From a virus (lineage: Duplodnaviria; Caudoviricetes): 64,000 nt of DNA. A model generated the notes under the pieces. It was not told the DNA's origin, searched no databases, and worked only from the letters and a program-made list of their open reading frames with translations. Every line of letters starts with the position of its first letter. Position 1 is the first letter of the stretch. Positions 1 through 9,705 of the stretch are shown one piece after another. Where the stretch lies: IMG/VR virus record IMGVR_UViG_3300021181_000004; one strand, 5' to 3'. The position numbers and the translations under genes were made by a program.

Positions 1-2787
1 GCCGGTGGTGTAGGTCAGTCTACGAATACGACTTTCCAGACCAAATTTGGTCCAATTACGGATGGATCTAATGGTGGTATTGTCACAACCAATCCAACCT
101 TAATCACAGTCTTAGTCGATGGGCTGCCAGCAGTTGTTTCTTCTTTGAATGGGGCGCAGAGTCAATTCACCCTGGCTCAGCCTGTGGCATACGGTAGCAC
201 GCTCACGGCTTCTTATTACTACAACACCTGGGCCAACACGTTTGATTTACTCCCAGCTTCCAACGTCCAAAGCATTGTTGAGGTTGGCCTCGGACCGAAT
301 CGTAGCGATTTTGTCGAGGATGTTGACTTCACTCTTGGCGTAGACGCCGACGGCAATGGTACCGTCATTTGGGGTCCGGCTGTCAATGAAGCCATTGGGG
401 TTTCTGCTACTGGTGAAACTGCTAATTTTACTCCTCAAGAGATTGTCGCATCTGTGGTTGACGAACAAGTATTCCTTCGTCCAATTACAGGTTCTGTCAA
501 TGGCAGAAACGCAGTTTTTATTCTGCAGGATACACCAACGGATGGAACGGGACAGAATAAGGCTACAAACAACCCATCTTTGATCAACGTGTATGTAGGC
601 GAAGATCCTTTGGAGGCGTTCTTTGCCGGCCCGCAAACTGTGCTACGACTTTCTGGAACTGCACAGCAATTCACGCTTCAAAATCCTCCGGCGTCTGGAA
701 ATGGCGTCTGGGCCAGTTACTATCGCAACACACTCGAAACTCATGAATATTCCGTAACAGTTGTCAATCCGGGTTATGGCGGATTGGGTTCGTTTATCGT
801 TACAGATGAACTGGAACGAATTGCACCTTTGGCGACTTTTGTCAGTGGCCACGTAGCACAGAATGCCGGATTCCAAGCAACAGGCATTGTTTACCCAAAT
901 GGTACCCCTGATCTTCAAGCTCAGGCGGGTGCAGCGGTTGATGAAACTGTTACTTTAACGTTCAACAATGACGGTTCCGCTACTTTAATCCCAGCGACTT
1001 CTGCGGGGGTAGTTATTCCTGGTGCTTCAGGTAATTTGACTTTTACAGCAGGTATCCCAGGTGCGGGCGGAAACTCAGTAACGATAGCGGTTGATGTAAC
1101 AACTCAGTACCCGCAAGCCTCTGCCCCGGTCTTAGTGAGTGGGAACGCAATTACTATCTATGCCAATTACAACGGAACGTTGGCAACAAATGCCCAAATT
1201 GCAGCTTATTTCCCCTCTGCTGAAACGACAACGGGTGGGGTGATTACGGCTCATTTTACGGCAGGATCTCCAAAGGTTACAGCAGCAACGGCATTGACTG
1301 GCGGAGCGAACGCTGTCACAGTCCCTGTGACTCATAGCTACACGGTCACTTCCAACAATTCTGTGGGTGGTTCTGGAACTGCTGGCAGTAACATTGGGTA
1401 TCTTGATCAAACCTATGAAGATTTGGCTACAGGGTTCCGTATTACAGTTGTAAACCCCGCAGACCATGCCTCTTACGGTGTGCTCAGCATTCCAGAAGGT
1501 TACAATTTCGTCCCTGGCGATACACTCACTTTCCAAGTGAATGTCGATGCTGCAAGTGGTTCACATCCAGCGGTTCGTTTCTGTGGAACCCCAGGTGTCG
1601 CACCTGCTCAATTCAACAATTTGATTTGTATTCCTGGTCTTCACTTGACTGTCATCAGCAATTTCCAGAGTACAGCGGGAGACTCTGTAATTCTTAGCAC
1701 TTTCCGTGGAAGCGGCGCTGGCCCGAATGTAGGTGAGTATTACTACGTCACCTTCACTACAGGTAAAACTGCTGCCGATTATGCAATTAAGGTCTACAAT
1801 AATCCTTCGGACGCATACACTGCATATGGTCAGCCATCTACAGTCAATCGCCTTAGCTTGGGAATTCAATTCTTGACTGAGAATGGAACGCAAACCTTTG
1901 CAGCCATTCAGGTTCCTGTCGTACCAGGAACTAATCAGGCGGCGGATAGCGATTTCATTGCTGCAATTCAGAGCTTGGCTGCCGCGCTGCCGGGTACAGA
2001 TGATCAATATGTTGCTGGCGTCATTCCTCTCAGCACCAGCACAACGGTGCACCAGAGTTTGAGTCGCTTCTTGATCACCCAGTCAGCTCCAACAATTCAA
2101 GCATTTGGAATTGGTTTCGTGGGATATGATCAATTCACAACTGCCAACGAAGCTGTTGCAAATGCAGTAGCTCTGCAAAATGAGCGCATGATCGCCATTG
2201 GAAATGCGGTTGCTGGAGTACTCATCACAGATCCTAAGACGGGTGTTTCAGTTGAATATCCAGTTTCGGGTGAGTTCATGGCGGCTGGTTTGGCAGGTTT
2301 GGAATTCAACCCAGCCAACGATGTTGCTACAACTCTTACCAACCAGCAGATCACTGGATTCAGTCGTCTGCTCATTATGTATGATATTCCAACCATGAAT
2401 TTGATGGCTGCAAGTGGGCTGACTGTTCTCTTGAATAATCAGGGTGCATTGAAAGTTCGCCACTACAAGACAACAGACCCAACTTCTACTCTTACGAGTG
2501 AACCAACCAGTGTTACTTCAATCGACTACCTACGGGAGTCTTTCGAATCTGGGATGCAGCAGTTCATCGGTCGTAAACTGGTGACAGCTCTGGTGACAGA
2601 TGTTCAAGTTCAAGCCAATAGCATTTTGAACAGTTGGGTGCAGAACAACCTGGGTTCTGGGTACATGAACCTAGTGGTGCAGCCAGATGCCTCTGATCCG
2701 ACAACAGTCGATATCAGTGTGCTTGTAAAGCCAATGTTCTCGCTTTTGTATATTCCCGTAACGTTTACTGTTACGACGAGCCTCTAA
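1..2787 (+). CDS. Tail sheath protein (5'-truncated; frame open from base 1)
   Basis: C-terminal sheath fold: GEFMAAGLAGLEFNPANDVATTLTNQQITGF...VRHYKTTDP...SEPTSVTSIDYLRE...QFIGRK...DPTTVDISVLVKPMFSLLYIPVTF. Frame 1 has no stop from 1 to 145. Confidence 0.9.
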   Translation, partial: AGGVGQSTNTTFQTKFGPITDGSNGGIVTTNPTLITVLVDGLPAVVSSLNGAQSQFTLAQPVAYGSTLTASYYYNTWANTFDLLPASNVQSIVEVGLGPNRSDFVEDVDFTLGVDADGNGTVIWGPAVNEAIGVSATGETANFTPQEIVASVVDEQVFLRPITGSVNGRNAVFILQDTPTDGTGQNKATNNPSLINVYVGEDPLEAFFAGPQTVLRLSGTAQQFTLQNPPASGNGVWASYYRNTLETHEYSVTVVNPGYGGLGSFIVTDELERIAPLATFVSGHVAQNAGFQATGIVYPNGTPDLQAQAGAAVDETVTLTFNNDGSATLIPATSAGVVIPGASGNLTFTAGIPGAGGNSVTIAVDVTTQYPQASAPVLVSGNAITIYANYNGTLATNAQIAAYFPSAETTTGGVITAHFTAGSPKVTAATALTGGANAVTVPVTHSYTVTSNNSVGGSGTAGSNIGYLDQTYEDLATGFRITVVNPADHASYGVLSIPEGYNFVPGDTLTFQVNVDAASGSHPAVRFCGTPGVAPAQFNNLICIPGLHLTVISNFQSTAGDSVILSTFRGSGAGPNVGEYYYVTFTTGKTAADYAIKVYNNPSDAYTAYGQPSTVNRLSLGIQFLTENGTQTFAAIQVPVVPGTNQAADSDFIAAIQSLAAALPGTDDQYVAGVIPLSTSTTVHQSLSRFLITQSAPTIQAFGIGFVGYDQFTTANEAVANAVALQNERMIAIGNAVAGVLITDPKTGVSVEYPVSGEFMAAGLAGLEFNPANDVATTLTNQQITGFSRLLIMYDIPTMNLMAASGLTVLLNNQGALKVRHYKTTDPTSTLTSEPTSVTSIDYLRESFESGMQQFIGRKLVTALVTDVQVQANSILNSWVQNNLGSGYMNLVVQPDASDPTTVDISVLVKPMFSLLYIPVTFTVTTSL

Positions 2788-2811
2788 GTGAGTTGTAATT
2801 AAAGGATCTAG

Positions 2812-3255
2812 ATGTTAATTCACACAATCATCGGCCAGAATCAAGGCATTATAAGCGTAACGGTCCAGTGTTCATTCAATGGGCAACCGTCGCCGCAACA
2901 AGATGCCATAGACAAATCCAAAATCTCTGCTTTTGGGGATCCTCCGATTAACATCGCGGGCAATTTTACTGACCCAAACAACAATCAATTCACTTTCCAA
3001 TTCCCGACAACAGAATTGTGGGTTGGAGTAACAACCCAACTGTCATCACAAACAGCAAGATTTTATGTGGCGTTACCGGCAACAACAGTTCCCGGCCAAT
3101 GTCCCCCAGTTCAGGGACCGTTGGATTGTATTACACCAAATCCATCTGAAGCTGCGGATGCCTGGGTTGATGTAATTCAGTCGCGTATTTCGCAGGCTAT
3201 GCTGGCATTACGATTGCAGATGTTGGTCCCGGTTATCCCCGACGTATACGTTTAA
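2812..3255 (+). CDS. Hypothetical virion/tail-associated protein
   Basis: 147 aa ORF with ATG and upstream AAGGA, directly after the sheath gene. Confidence 0.6.
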   Translation: MLIHTIIGQNQGIISVTVQCSFNGQPSPQQDAIDKSKISAFGDPPINIAGNFTDPNNNQFTFQFPTTELWVGVTTQLSSQTARFYVALPATTVPGQCPPVQGPLDCITPNPSEAADAWVDVIQSRISQAMLALRLQMLVPVIPDVYV

Positions 3256-3289
3256 ACCCATTGTTTACAATGGTCAGTGGAGAATGTGA

Positions 3290-4867
3290 ATGAAGTCGGC
3301 AATGTTAAATCGTCGTTTTAAAAAGCAAGCTACGGTGTTGGTTTCGCGCCAGACGCTCGAGCAGGCCATTATGGAAGGCCAAGCACTGGCTGAGAATTTA
3401 CTTCAAACCAATCCAAATGATCCTTCATTGGATCAAATTGAACAAGCAGTCGCTCGGCTGCAAGGTGTTTTTCAGGAGCCTGATTTAGAGGACAAACTGG
3501 ACGACGCAAAACAACCGGGTTTCGCTGCTGAGATTAAAAAGGACGTGGATATGATCGCACAAACAAGACAGCAAGCTCGTGGAAATGGTGCAGCACCAAT
3601 TGAAGCCGGGGCAGGTTCTAGTGATCGTGCTTGGACTACAGATCGTGACGAAGACGGCAAGCCCAAGGCTCCAATACATGAGGAAATCCCTCGCATTCCA
3701 TTAAGTGCAGCAAAAAAGAAAAAGGTGGCGGAACCCCCTGTGGCTGATCCTGCTGCGGCAGCGCCTGCACCATCAGCAGGAGGAGGCAACCCGATTGACT
3801 ACATCCCAACTGAATCTTTGCTTAAGATTATCAGCGATATGCCAAAGGATGAAGATTTTGCTCAGAACAAGGGTAAACAGGACGCACTCATTCAGTTGAC
3901 CAACATTCTCAAATCGCGTCCTGTAGTACCGCCAAAGCCAGAACCAGGCGCACAACCAGCTGCTATGCCTGTTGCGGCCTCTAAAAATGCCAAGGGAGAA
4001 CCATTTGGCGGCAAGCAAGCTCCTCCATTCGGTTCTAAGAAAGAAGAAGGAAATGACAAGAAGGAAGATAAGGAAGCTTCTGCTAAGACAGCAGACGGTC
4101 AAATCTACGAGGCTCACCCGGCTGCTCCAGAACCTGCGACAGCTTTTGTCTCGGAAATCCCCCAATCCCAAGGTCACGTAGAACAGACCAAAGAGGCAAC
4201 AAGCGGCGTCAGCCGTAAGAACGAACGTACAGATGAAGTTCCGTTCATCGGTAAGGATGCTGCGAGCAAGACTGCCGTAGCACCTCCGGGGTGGGAAGGC
4301 ACTGTAAAAAGCATGAAGAATGAGAAGGGCATCGATAATCCCTATGCCCTGGCCTGGTCTATGAAAGACAAAGGCTTTACTCCGCATAAGGCATCCTTCG
4401 TTCTTCGTAAGCGCGGCGCGAAGTACCTCGTCGACAAATTCGCAGCAGGAACATCCCCTACGCAATGGACTGATGACGGCAAGAAAGGCGACATCATCGA
4501 AGATGGCGGACGTACTCCTGAAGTAGCTCAAGCTCACAAACTTCGTGACGAAGCCCCGGCCAAGCTGGAACGCCCGGCTACGACTGATATGATGAAGTTG
4601 GCCTCAGCAGTCAAGGATGCAGAAGGCGTGGGTGAGAAACTCAAAGCCATGTATCTGGATGCCAAACCACTTCTCAATGAAAATTCCACAGCTCCGGTTC
4701 GTAATTTTGTCGAGTGTATCTACAAAGCATACAGTTTATGTGAAGATGCTGTGAAGACTCTCAACAAACAGGAATTGCAAGAGAAAGCTGAAGAGGAAGC
4801 CGCTGAGATAAAGAAGAACAACAAGAAATCTTCGTTGCTTGGTTTAGCCTACGCAGCTGCGGAATGA
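3290..4867 (+). CDS. Acidic low-complexity K-x-A polyprotein-like putative head protein
   Basis: 525 aa with many KxA motifs (KQA, KVA, KEA, KTA, KFA), an APPGWEGTVKSMK..DNPYALAWSM module and a WTTDRDEDGKPKAP module. Confidence 0.65.
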   Translation: MKSAMLNRRFKKQATVLVSRQTLEQAIMEGQALAENLLQTNPNDPSLDQIEQAVARLQGVFQEPDLEDKLDDAKQPGFAAEIKKDVDMIAQTRQQARGNGAAPIEAGAGSSDRAWTTDRDEDGKPKAPIHEEIPRIPLSAAKKKKVAEPPVADPAAAAPAPSAGGGNPIDYIPTESLLKIISDMPKDEDFAQNKGKQDALIQLTNILKSRPVVPPKPEPGAQPAAMPVAASKNAKGEPFGGKQAPPFGSKKEEGNDKKEDKEASAKTADGQIYEAHPAAPEPATAFVSEIPQSQGHVEQTKEATSGVSRKNERTDEVPFIGKDAASKTAVAPPGWEGTVKSMKNEKGIDNPYALAWSMKDKGFTPHKASFVLRKRGAKYLVDKFAAGTSPTQWTDDGKKGDIIEDGGRTPEVAQAHKLRDEAPAKLERPATTDMMKLASAVKDAEGVGEKLKAMYLDAKPLLNENSTAPVRNFVECIYKAYSLCEDAVKTLNKQELQEKAEEEAAEIKKNNKKSSLLGLAYAAAE

Positions 4868-4895
4868 TCTGTTGTTTTAATCTGGTTTTAAACAG

Positions 4896-4926
4896 AAGAC
4901 GCCTGTTTTTAATCGGGCGTCTTTTT
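4896..4926 (+). terminator. Intrinsic terminator
   Basis: aagacgcctg / cgggcgtctt stem followed by a T run, after the 4867 stop. Confidence 0.75.
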
Positions 4927-4945
4927 ACTTTGAAAAGGGAGATTT

Positions 4946-5314
4946 ATGGGTGATAGATTTATTGGGTGGCTTGAAAAAACGGGTCATGATATAGAAAGTG
5001 CTTCTGTTAGATCTCTCCCTTACATAGCTACAGCAGGAGAGGCCACTGTTACTTTATTTTTACCAAGTGCAGCCCCTGCTATCAATTCGACCATCAATAC
5101 AATTATCGCTACTGAACAAAAATACACCGCACTTGGAAGACAGACTGGGAGTGGTGAGGAGAAGTTGGCCGATGTTATTGGGATCACTGGCCCCGCAATT
5201 GAGAAGCTTCTTCAGACTGCTGGAAAACCCAATACTTCTGCTGATGTTGCTAACGTGGTCAATTCATTAGTGACAATCATGAATTTAACTCCAACCGCCT
5301 CTACAAAAGCGTAA
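4946..5314 (+). CDS. Small amphipathic protein, possibly lysis-associated
   Basis: 122 aa, GGGAG SD; IIATEQKYTALGRQTGSGEEKLADVIGI resembles small proteins recalled from Acidobacteria and their phages. Confidence 0.5.
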   Translation: MGDRFIGWLEKTGHDIESASVRSLPYIATAGEATVTLFLPSAAPAINSTINTIIATEQKYTALGRQTGSGEEKLADVIGITGPAIEKLLQTAGKPNTSADVANVVNSLVTIMNLTPTASTKA

Positions 5315-5317
5315 ATT

Positions 5318-6109
5318 ATGAAAAGGGTACTACTAGCCACTAAAATAGGTTGTCCCGTTATTTTAACGGTGGCAATTTGCCTTTTCCTTTGGCGAGCAGA
5401 TAGAGCTTATCATCAGTTTCTTGGCGGTGTAACTCTTGCTCCTATCGCAAAAAACATCAATGATAGTATAGGAACAATCCCAAAGGTAACTGATGCTTTT
5501 TCAACCGCTGTTAATAATGCTTCAGCGGCGGCTTCAAATCTTAGTGCAGTAATTGCGGATGAACATAAATCGCAAACAGTGCAGAATAAAGAGTTAACAA
5601 AGATCATGGGAGAAGCTCGAGTCGCAATTACTCGAACTGATTGTAACTTCAATGGTGGACCTGGATATGAGGGTGGCCCGCCCTGTGTGGGACTTCTACC
5701 CACTGTTCAAGAAACATTTAATCAACTCAAGCTTAGTCTCGAAGAAGTTGATAAGCTGACGGAAGCAGGGACATCTTTAGCTAATTCGGGAACAGCAGCA
5801 GTAAACTCGTTGAATTTAAGGATTTCTGACCCCAAGATTGATTCAATCTTGGCGCACACAGATATGTTTATGCTCCATGCTCAAAACTCAGCAGATAATG
5901 TTGATATATTTACGCAACACGGCGACCACATCATTAGTTACTTTGACGAACGTCTAACATCCCCAAGAGGCTTTATCAAAACGCTGGGTGCAGGACTTTT
6001 GGGTTTGGTGGTACCTGTAGCCAATTCATACTCAGCTTGGGGTAAACCGACTGCTGTAGTTAACACATTAACAGTTAAGAAACATTCGAAGGGAAAATCT
6101 GTTAAATAG
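5318..6109 (+). CDS. Membrane-anchored coiled-coil protein (spanin-like candidate)
   Basis: N-terminal TM (VILTVAICLFLW), long heptad-rich region, C-terminal hydrophobic segment. Confidence 0.45.
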   Translation: MKRVLLATKIGCPVILTVAICLFLWRADRAYHQFLGGVTLAPIAKNINDSIGTIPKVTDAFSTAVNNASAAASNLSAVIADEHKSQTVQNKELTKIMGEARVAITRTDCNFNGGPGYEGGPPCVGLLPTVQETFNQLKLSLEEVDKLTEAGTSLANSGTAAVNSLNLRISDPKIDSILAHTDMFMLHAQNSADNVDIFTQHGDHIISYFDERLTSPRGFIKTLGAGLLGLVVPVANSYSAWGKPTAVVNTLTVKKHSKGKSVK

Positions 6110-6114
6110 GGAAT

Positions 6115-6879
6115 TTACGTTAAAATACTAGCGGTGTTATAGCGAATACTGGGCTCAAGTTCTGAGAACGGTTTATTCCAGCGTAGGGCAGAACCTTTGC
6201 GACCTAACCAAGAGCGGTACTCATCCGTCATTAGAGCACTAATTTTACGTAAATTAGCAGCCGTGTTGGGATGAGCGGATTTACCTTTTTGAGTCTCTGA
6301 ACGTGCTTGTCTTACTTCTAGCGGAATTTCTCTACCTCGAAGTTTCTTGGCTCGTTTCTCTATCCACTCTGGGGATTGTTTTCTGCCGCGAGTTTTCTTA
6401 CCCTGCGCTTCATAGGATGCTCGATTTCTAAGTAGTCCTCTAGCTTTTCTCTTTTTCCAACCAGCACGTAGGGATTCTTTGTGTGCTTCTGACAACGGTA
6501 TACCAGTTAGAGCCTTGGAAACATTAGCATTCCATTCTGAAGTTCTCCAACGAATTACAGGTGGAATAGCTGCATAAGGATTATCGTTGTAGCAATGATC
6601 TCCCCAATGAGCATTGATAGCAAGTTGCTCATTATGTCTCAGTTCTTTCTTAATAGGTGAGCAATGGATGATTGGTTCAAATTCAAAAGCAGATTCTCCA
6701 TATTTATTCCAATCAGCCTGAAGCCTTAAGTTATGATGGACCCCTTTTCTAAGTTCCGCTAAGTGTTCTTTAAACCATCTTCGTTGAAAATTTTTAGAGC
6801 TTCCAACGTACACCCAATCTACTGCTGTACAACGAATGAGATACACTCCACTATTTAGAATTGGAATATCTGTATACAT
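6115..6879 (-). CDS. Free-standing GIY-YIG homing endonuclease with NUMOD3-like repeats
   Basis: SGVYLIRC...YVGSSKNFQRRW..HLAELRKGVHHNLRLQADWNKYGESAFEFE, then SEAHKESL / KQSPEWIEKR DNA-binding motifs; antisense to flanking genes. Confidence 0.92.
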   Translation of the reverse strand: MYTDIPILNSGVYLIRCTAVDWVYVGSSKNFQRRWFKEHLAELRKGVHHNLRLQADWNKYGESAFEFEPIIHCSPIKKELRHNEQLAINAHWGDHCYNDNPYAAIPPVIRWRTSEWNANVSKALTGIPLSEAHKESLRAGWKKRKARGLLRNRASYEAQGKKTRGRKQSPEWIEKRAKKLRGREIPLEVRQARSETQKGKSAHPNTAANLRKISALMTDEYRSWLGRKGSALRWNKPFSELEPSIRYNTASILT

Positions 6880-6888
6880 ATCTATCTT

Positions 6889-6900
6889 GGGTTAGAAAGT
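6889..6900 (-). promoter_or_regulatory. Putative late promoter motif ACTTTCTAACCC
   Basis: Identical 12-mer at 6889, 28268 and 42350, each just upstream of a minus-strand start codon. Confidence 0.6.
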
Positions 6901-6977
6901 CGCAATATCGCTAATTAAAAACGATCGCAAGATTTTTCCCATTAAAGTAGGGTCGTTACCCTTTAAGGAGCTAACTT

Positions 6978-7846
6978 ATGTCACAACTTGGCTTAATAGC
7001 TAGGCCAAGAAAAATCTCTTCTGATTGACTTGAACCCTGAAATGGGAACAAGGCGGAACCCGTAAAAGGGACCGTGAGAGACTAAGCGAAGAGACTCCGA
7101 AAAGGAGATGCGATAGTCCGCTCTCATGGGAATTATAAACCATGAGAGGTAGGCAGAAATGCCCTACCCTCGTTCAAAGAGCGAGTAACAAAAAGGATAT
7201 TTATCGTCAAGGTACCTCGGCACAGACTGAAACAGTTGTAAGCAGCCGATTTACTATTTTCAGCCCCGCTGTGGATGTGGGCAAATTCGTGAAATTGGGC
7301 GTGACTTCATCCTTCACGATCACAGAATCTAAGACCGTTGATGCAGTACGCGGCCTTGGTTACGGTGATATCATCGCAGAATTAGTGCCTGGTGTCACTC
7401 AACCGATGACACTGGCGATCACTCGTACAGCTCTCTATCTAGCTAACCTCATGCAGATGATGGGTTATAAGGCGGGAGTATCGGGTGCTGTTCGTTCACT
7501 CAAACATCACAAGTGGCCCTTTGATATTCGTACTGAAATTGTTTTCTCGCAGATCGCTTCAGAAGACCCGAATATCCAGAATGCTACTTTAGCAGATATC
7601 CCGAATGAAGGCGGTTTAAACAATACGGGCAATCCTGGTCTATATGCGGTTGCAACCGTATACGAAGGCTGCTGGATGGAGAACTACAACACAGGGTACC
7701 AGATTGAACAGGCCGCCGTGACTGAAGACTGCTCCGTTGTTGTTACAGACGTTTTCGACGTGGCTGGTAGTGTCTATGGTGAATTTATTGACAGTGGTAA
7801 CAATACTGGCGATGCTACTGGTCGCTCTCTAATCTTCACCACCTAA
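6978..7846 (+). CDS. Tail tube protein, spliced: join(6978..6993,7197..7846)
   Basis: AAGGAG SD then ATG 6978; removing the intron gives MSQLGYIYRQGTSAQTETVVSSRF..., in frame with VRGLGYGDIIAELVPG, a tube-like motif; lies downstream of sheath. Confidence 0.85.
6994..7196 (+). mobile_element. ORF-less group I intron (203 nt)
   Basis: P1 CUUGGCU/GGCCAAG with U.G wobble at the 5' splice site; P3 UCUCUUC(7015)/GAAGAGA(7088); P7 GACUA(7080)/UAGUC(7114); R GAGAGACUA, S GAUAGUCC; P9 hairpins; terminal G at 7196; splicing restores the frame. Confidence 0.92.
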
Positions 7847-7852
7847 CAATCT

Positions 7853-7881
7853 AGGCGAAGGCATTTAAAATGCCTTCGCCT
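7853..7881. repeat. Perfect 14-bp inverted repeat (hairpin; terminator or processing site)
   Basis: aggcgaaggcattt-a-aaatgccttcgcct right after the tube stop; no U tract. Confidence 0.6.
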
Positions 7882-7889
7882 CATTAAGG

Positions 7890-9692
7890 TTGCCCGAAAT
7901 GAACACCTTGACGAATAACCCTGAAGACAGAGTGCCTATAAATGAAGCTGGTTTCAAAAAACCACTTAGACAAAAGAAAGGCAATGGTTATCCTTTTGGA
8001 GAATCGGAACTTCGATTGGTGCCAGTTTCTTCTTTATACCCAACTCAAGAGATTGTAATTTCTTCAATAGTGAGTAAACACATGAACTCTCTTGAAACAA
8101 GGCCTCCAGAAGTTGTGGACACGAATGGAAAACTTCTTGTAGCTGATGGTCATCATCGGATTGCTGCTGCGATAGCTAAAGGAGACAAAAATATCTTGGT
8201 ATCTGTATTTCCCAAGTGGGGGGCTAAAGGAAGTACTGAAGGTTGGGGTGAAGTAAGAACTTGGAAGATAAATAAAGCTAACGCTAACGCTAACGATAGT
8301 CCACTTCTACAACATCATAAGACCAAAGTTGCACTAGACGCACTCCTTGAAATGTATGCTGACCCCACTCGTGCTACTGAGACGGGCGATTGGCACGCTG
8401 ACCCTGACTATGATGATCCACTCGCCATGAAGGGGACAGAACCTGAAAACGTGAAGTACGGCGACGCACCCCTTCCCGCTCAGAAAACAGATGGAGTAGA
8501 TCCAACATTGAATCCTGAAGACAAAATCTTCAAACGCAGTAAACCCGCAGCGGATCTCTCAATGGTCATTTCTGCCGCTGGCGGACGGAGTTTTATGTAC
8601 AAACATTTCAAAGATGCGCATACTGCTCACGCTCATCTTGTAGAGACAGCGCGTTACTATCATGTTGCTGACTTCGGTCAAATTTGGGCTTGGGCGGAGA
8701 AGAATTTTCCTGTTAAAGAAGCTGTAGTCGAACAGAAATTAACTCCTAAGATGTTACCTCAGCGCGATGATATGCGCGGACATTTGGATGAGGATGTTAA
8801 AGACGAGATAAATGAGATAGTGGATGCTCCTGTAATGCAAGGTGCGAAAGGTGTGCATATCGGGGCGTCGCAAGCAGAAATTTTGAAGGCGTTTGACCAT
8901 CTTCTGAATCTTTTGTATGGTACAAGTCCAAATGAACTTAGTGAAGAACAACGGAAGGATTTATTTGTCTATGTTCGCAAATACTTAAAGGAGTCTCTGG
9001 GCCGTTTAGGGATAAATTGCATTGCTTCAAAAACTAGCGCCAAAAAATCTCTTCCTGAGAAGAAATATCCAGACACGGCTGGAGGAGCCATTGCCTGCTT
9101 ACAGTCTGACTCTACTCTGGATGTAAAAGAAGCAACAGCACGGCCCGATCCTTCTGTTGAAGGCGTATGGGAAGTTCGATGCCCAAATGGGGATCGTGCT
9201 ATTGTTTATCTTGCGGGTTATAAGGATCCGTTTGGTCAAATAAGATCTCGGAATGATTTTGAAGCAGAGACACAAGAAGACCGTGATTTTGCTATGGAAG
9301 ATCTTAACGACAGAGCAAACGAAGAAATTGAAAAGACCTCCGATCTCGGAGATCAGATGCGCAACGAGGACGCACGGGCTGAATACACTATGGATCAAGT
9401 GCGCGATGCTAGGAAAGAAGCTTATCAAGCATTCCTTCAAGACCCCTTTTACCAACAGGAAGCACAGGACAACGGAACGACTTTAGAAGAGTTATGGGCG
9501 CAAGTTGGAGAGGATTTCACTAATGAATATTGGCAAGCTCATCGGGCTAGCTACAAGAAAGTTGACAAAACAGCAGCATGCCCTATCTGTAAGTCTAGCA
9601 ATGTGATACCAGTGGAAGATTTGGCAGTTAAGACTGCTTCCGGGTGTGTGTTACAGGAATGCAGGGCATGTGGCTCATTCTTTACGTTTTAG
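7890..9692 (+). CDS. ParB/Srx-domain K-x-A mosaic protein (likely ATG 7899)
   Basis: VPVSSLYPTQ...PPEVVD..LLVADGHHRIAAA is a ParB-like motif; remainder is acidic modules, KxA motifs and a C-terminal CxxC..CxxC. Confidence 0.7.
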   Translation: MPEMNTLTNNPEDRVPINEAGFKKPLRQKKGNGYPFGESELRLVPVSSLYPTQEIVISSIVSKHMNSLETRPPEVVDTNGKLLVADGHHRIAAAIAKGDKNILVSVFPKWGAKGSTEGWGEVRTWKINKANANANDSPLLQHHKTKVALDALLEMYADPTRATETGDWHADPDYDDPLAMKGTEPENVKYGDAPLPAQKTDGVDPTLNPEDKIFKRSKPAADLSMVISAAGGRSFMYKHFKDAHTAHAHLVETARYYHVADFGQIWAWAEKNFPVKEAVVEQKLTPKMLPQRDDMRGHLDEDVKDEINEIVDAPVMQGAKGVHIGASQAEILKAFDHLLNLLYGTSPNELSEEQRKDLFVYVRKYLKESLGRLGINCIASKTSAKKSLPEKKYPDTAGGAIACLQSDSTLDVKEATARPDPSVEGVWEVRCPNGDRAIVYLAGYKDPFGQIRSRNDFEAETQEDRDFAMEDLNDRANEEIEKTSDLGDQMRNEDARAEYTMDQVRDARKEAYQAFLQDPFYQQEAQDNGTTLEELWAQVGEDFTNEYWQAHRASYKKVDKTAACPICKSSNVIPVEDLAVKTASGCVLQECRACGSFFTF

Positions 9693-9705
9693 GAATATAA
9701 GTAGA

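Noticed and set aside
7142-7196. ORF-track start of the tube gene (MRGRQKCPTLVQR...)
   Set aside because: This sequence is the intron P9 region; the spliced start at 6978 has an SD and restores a plausible N-terminus.
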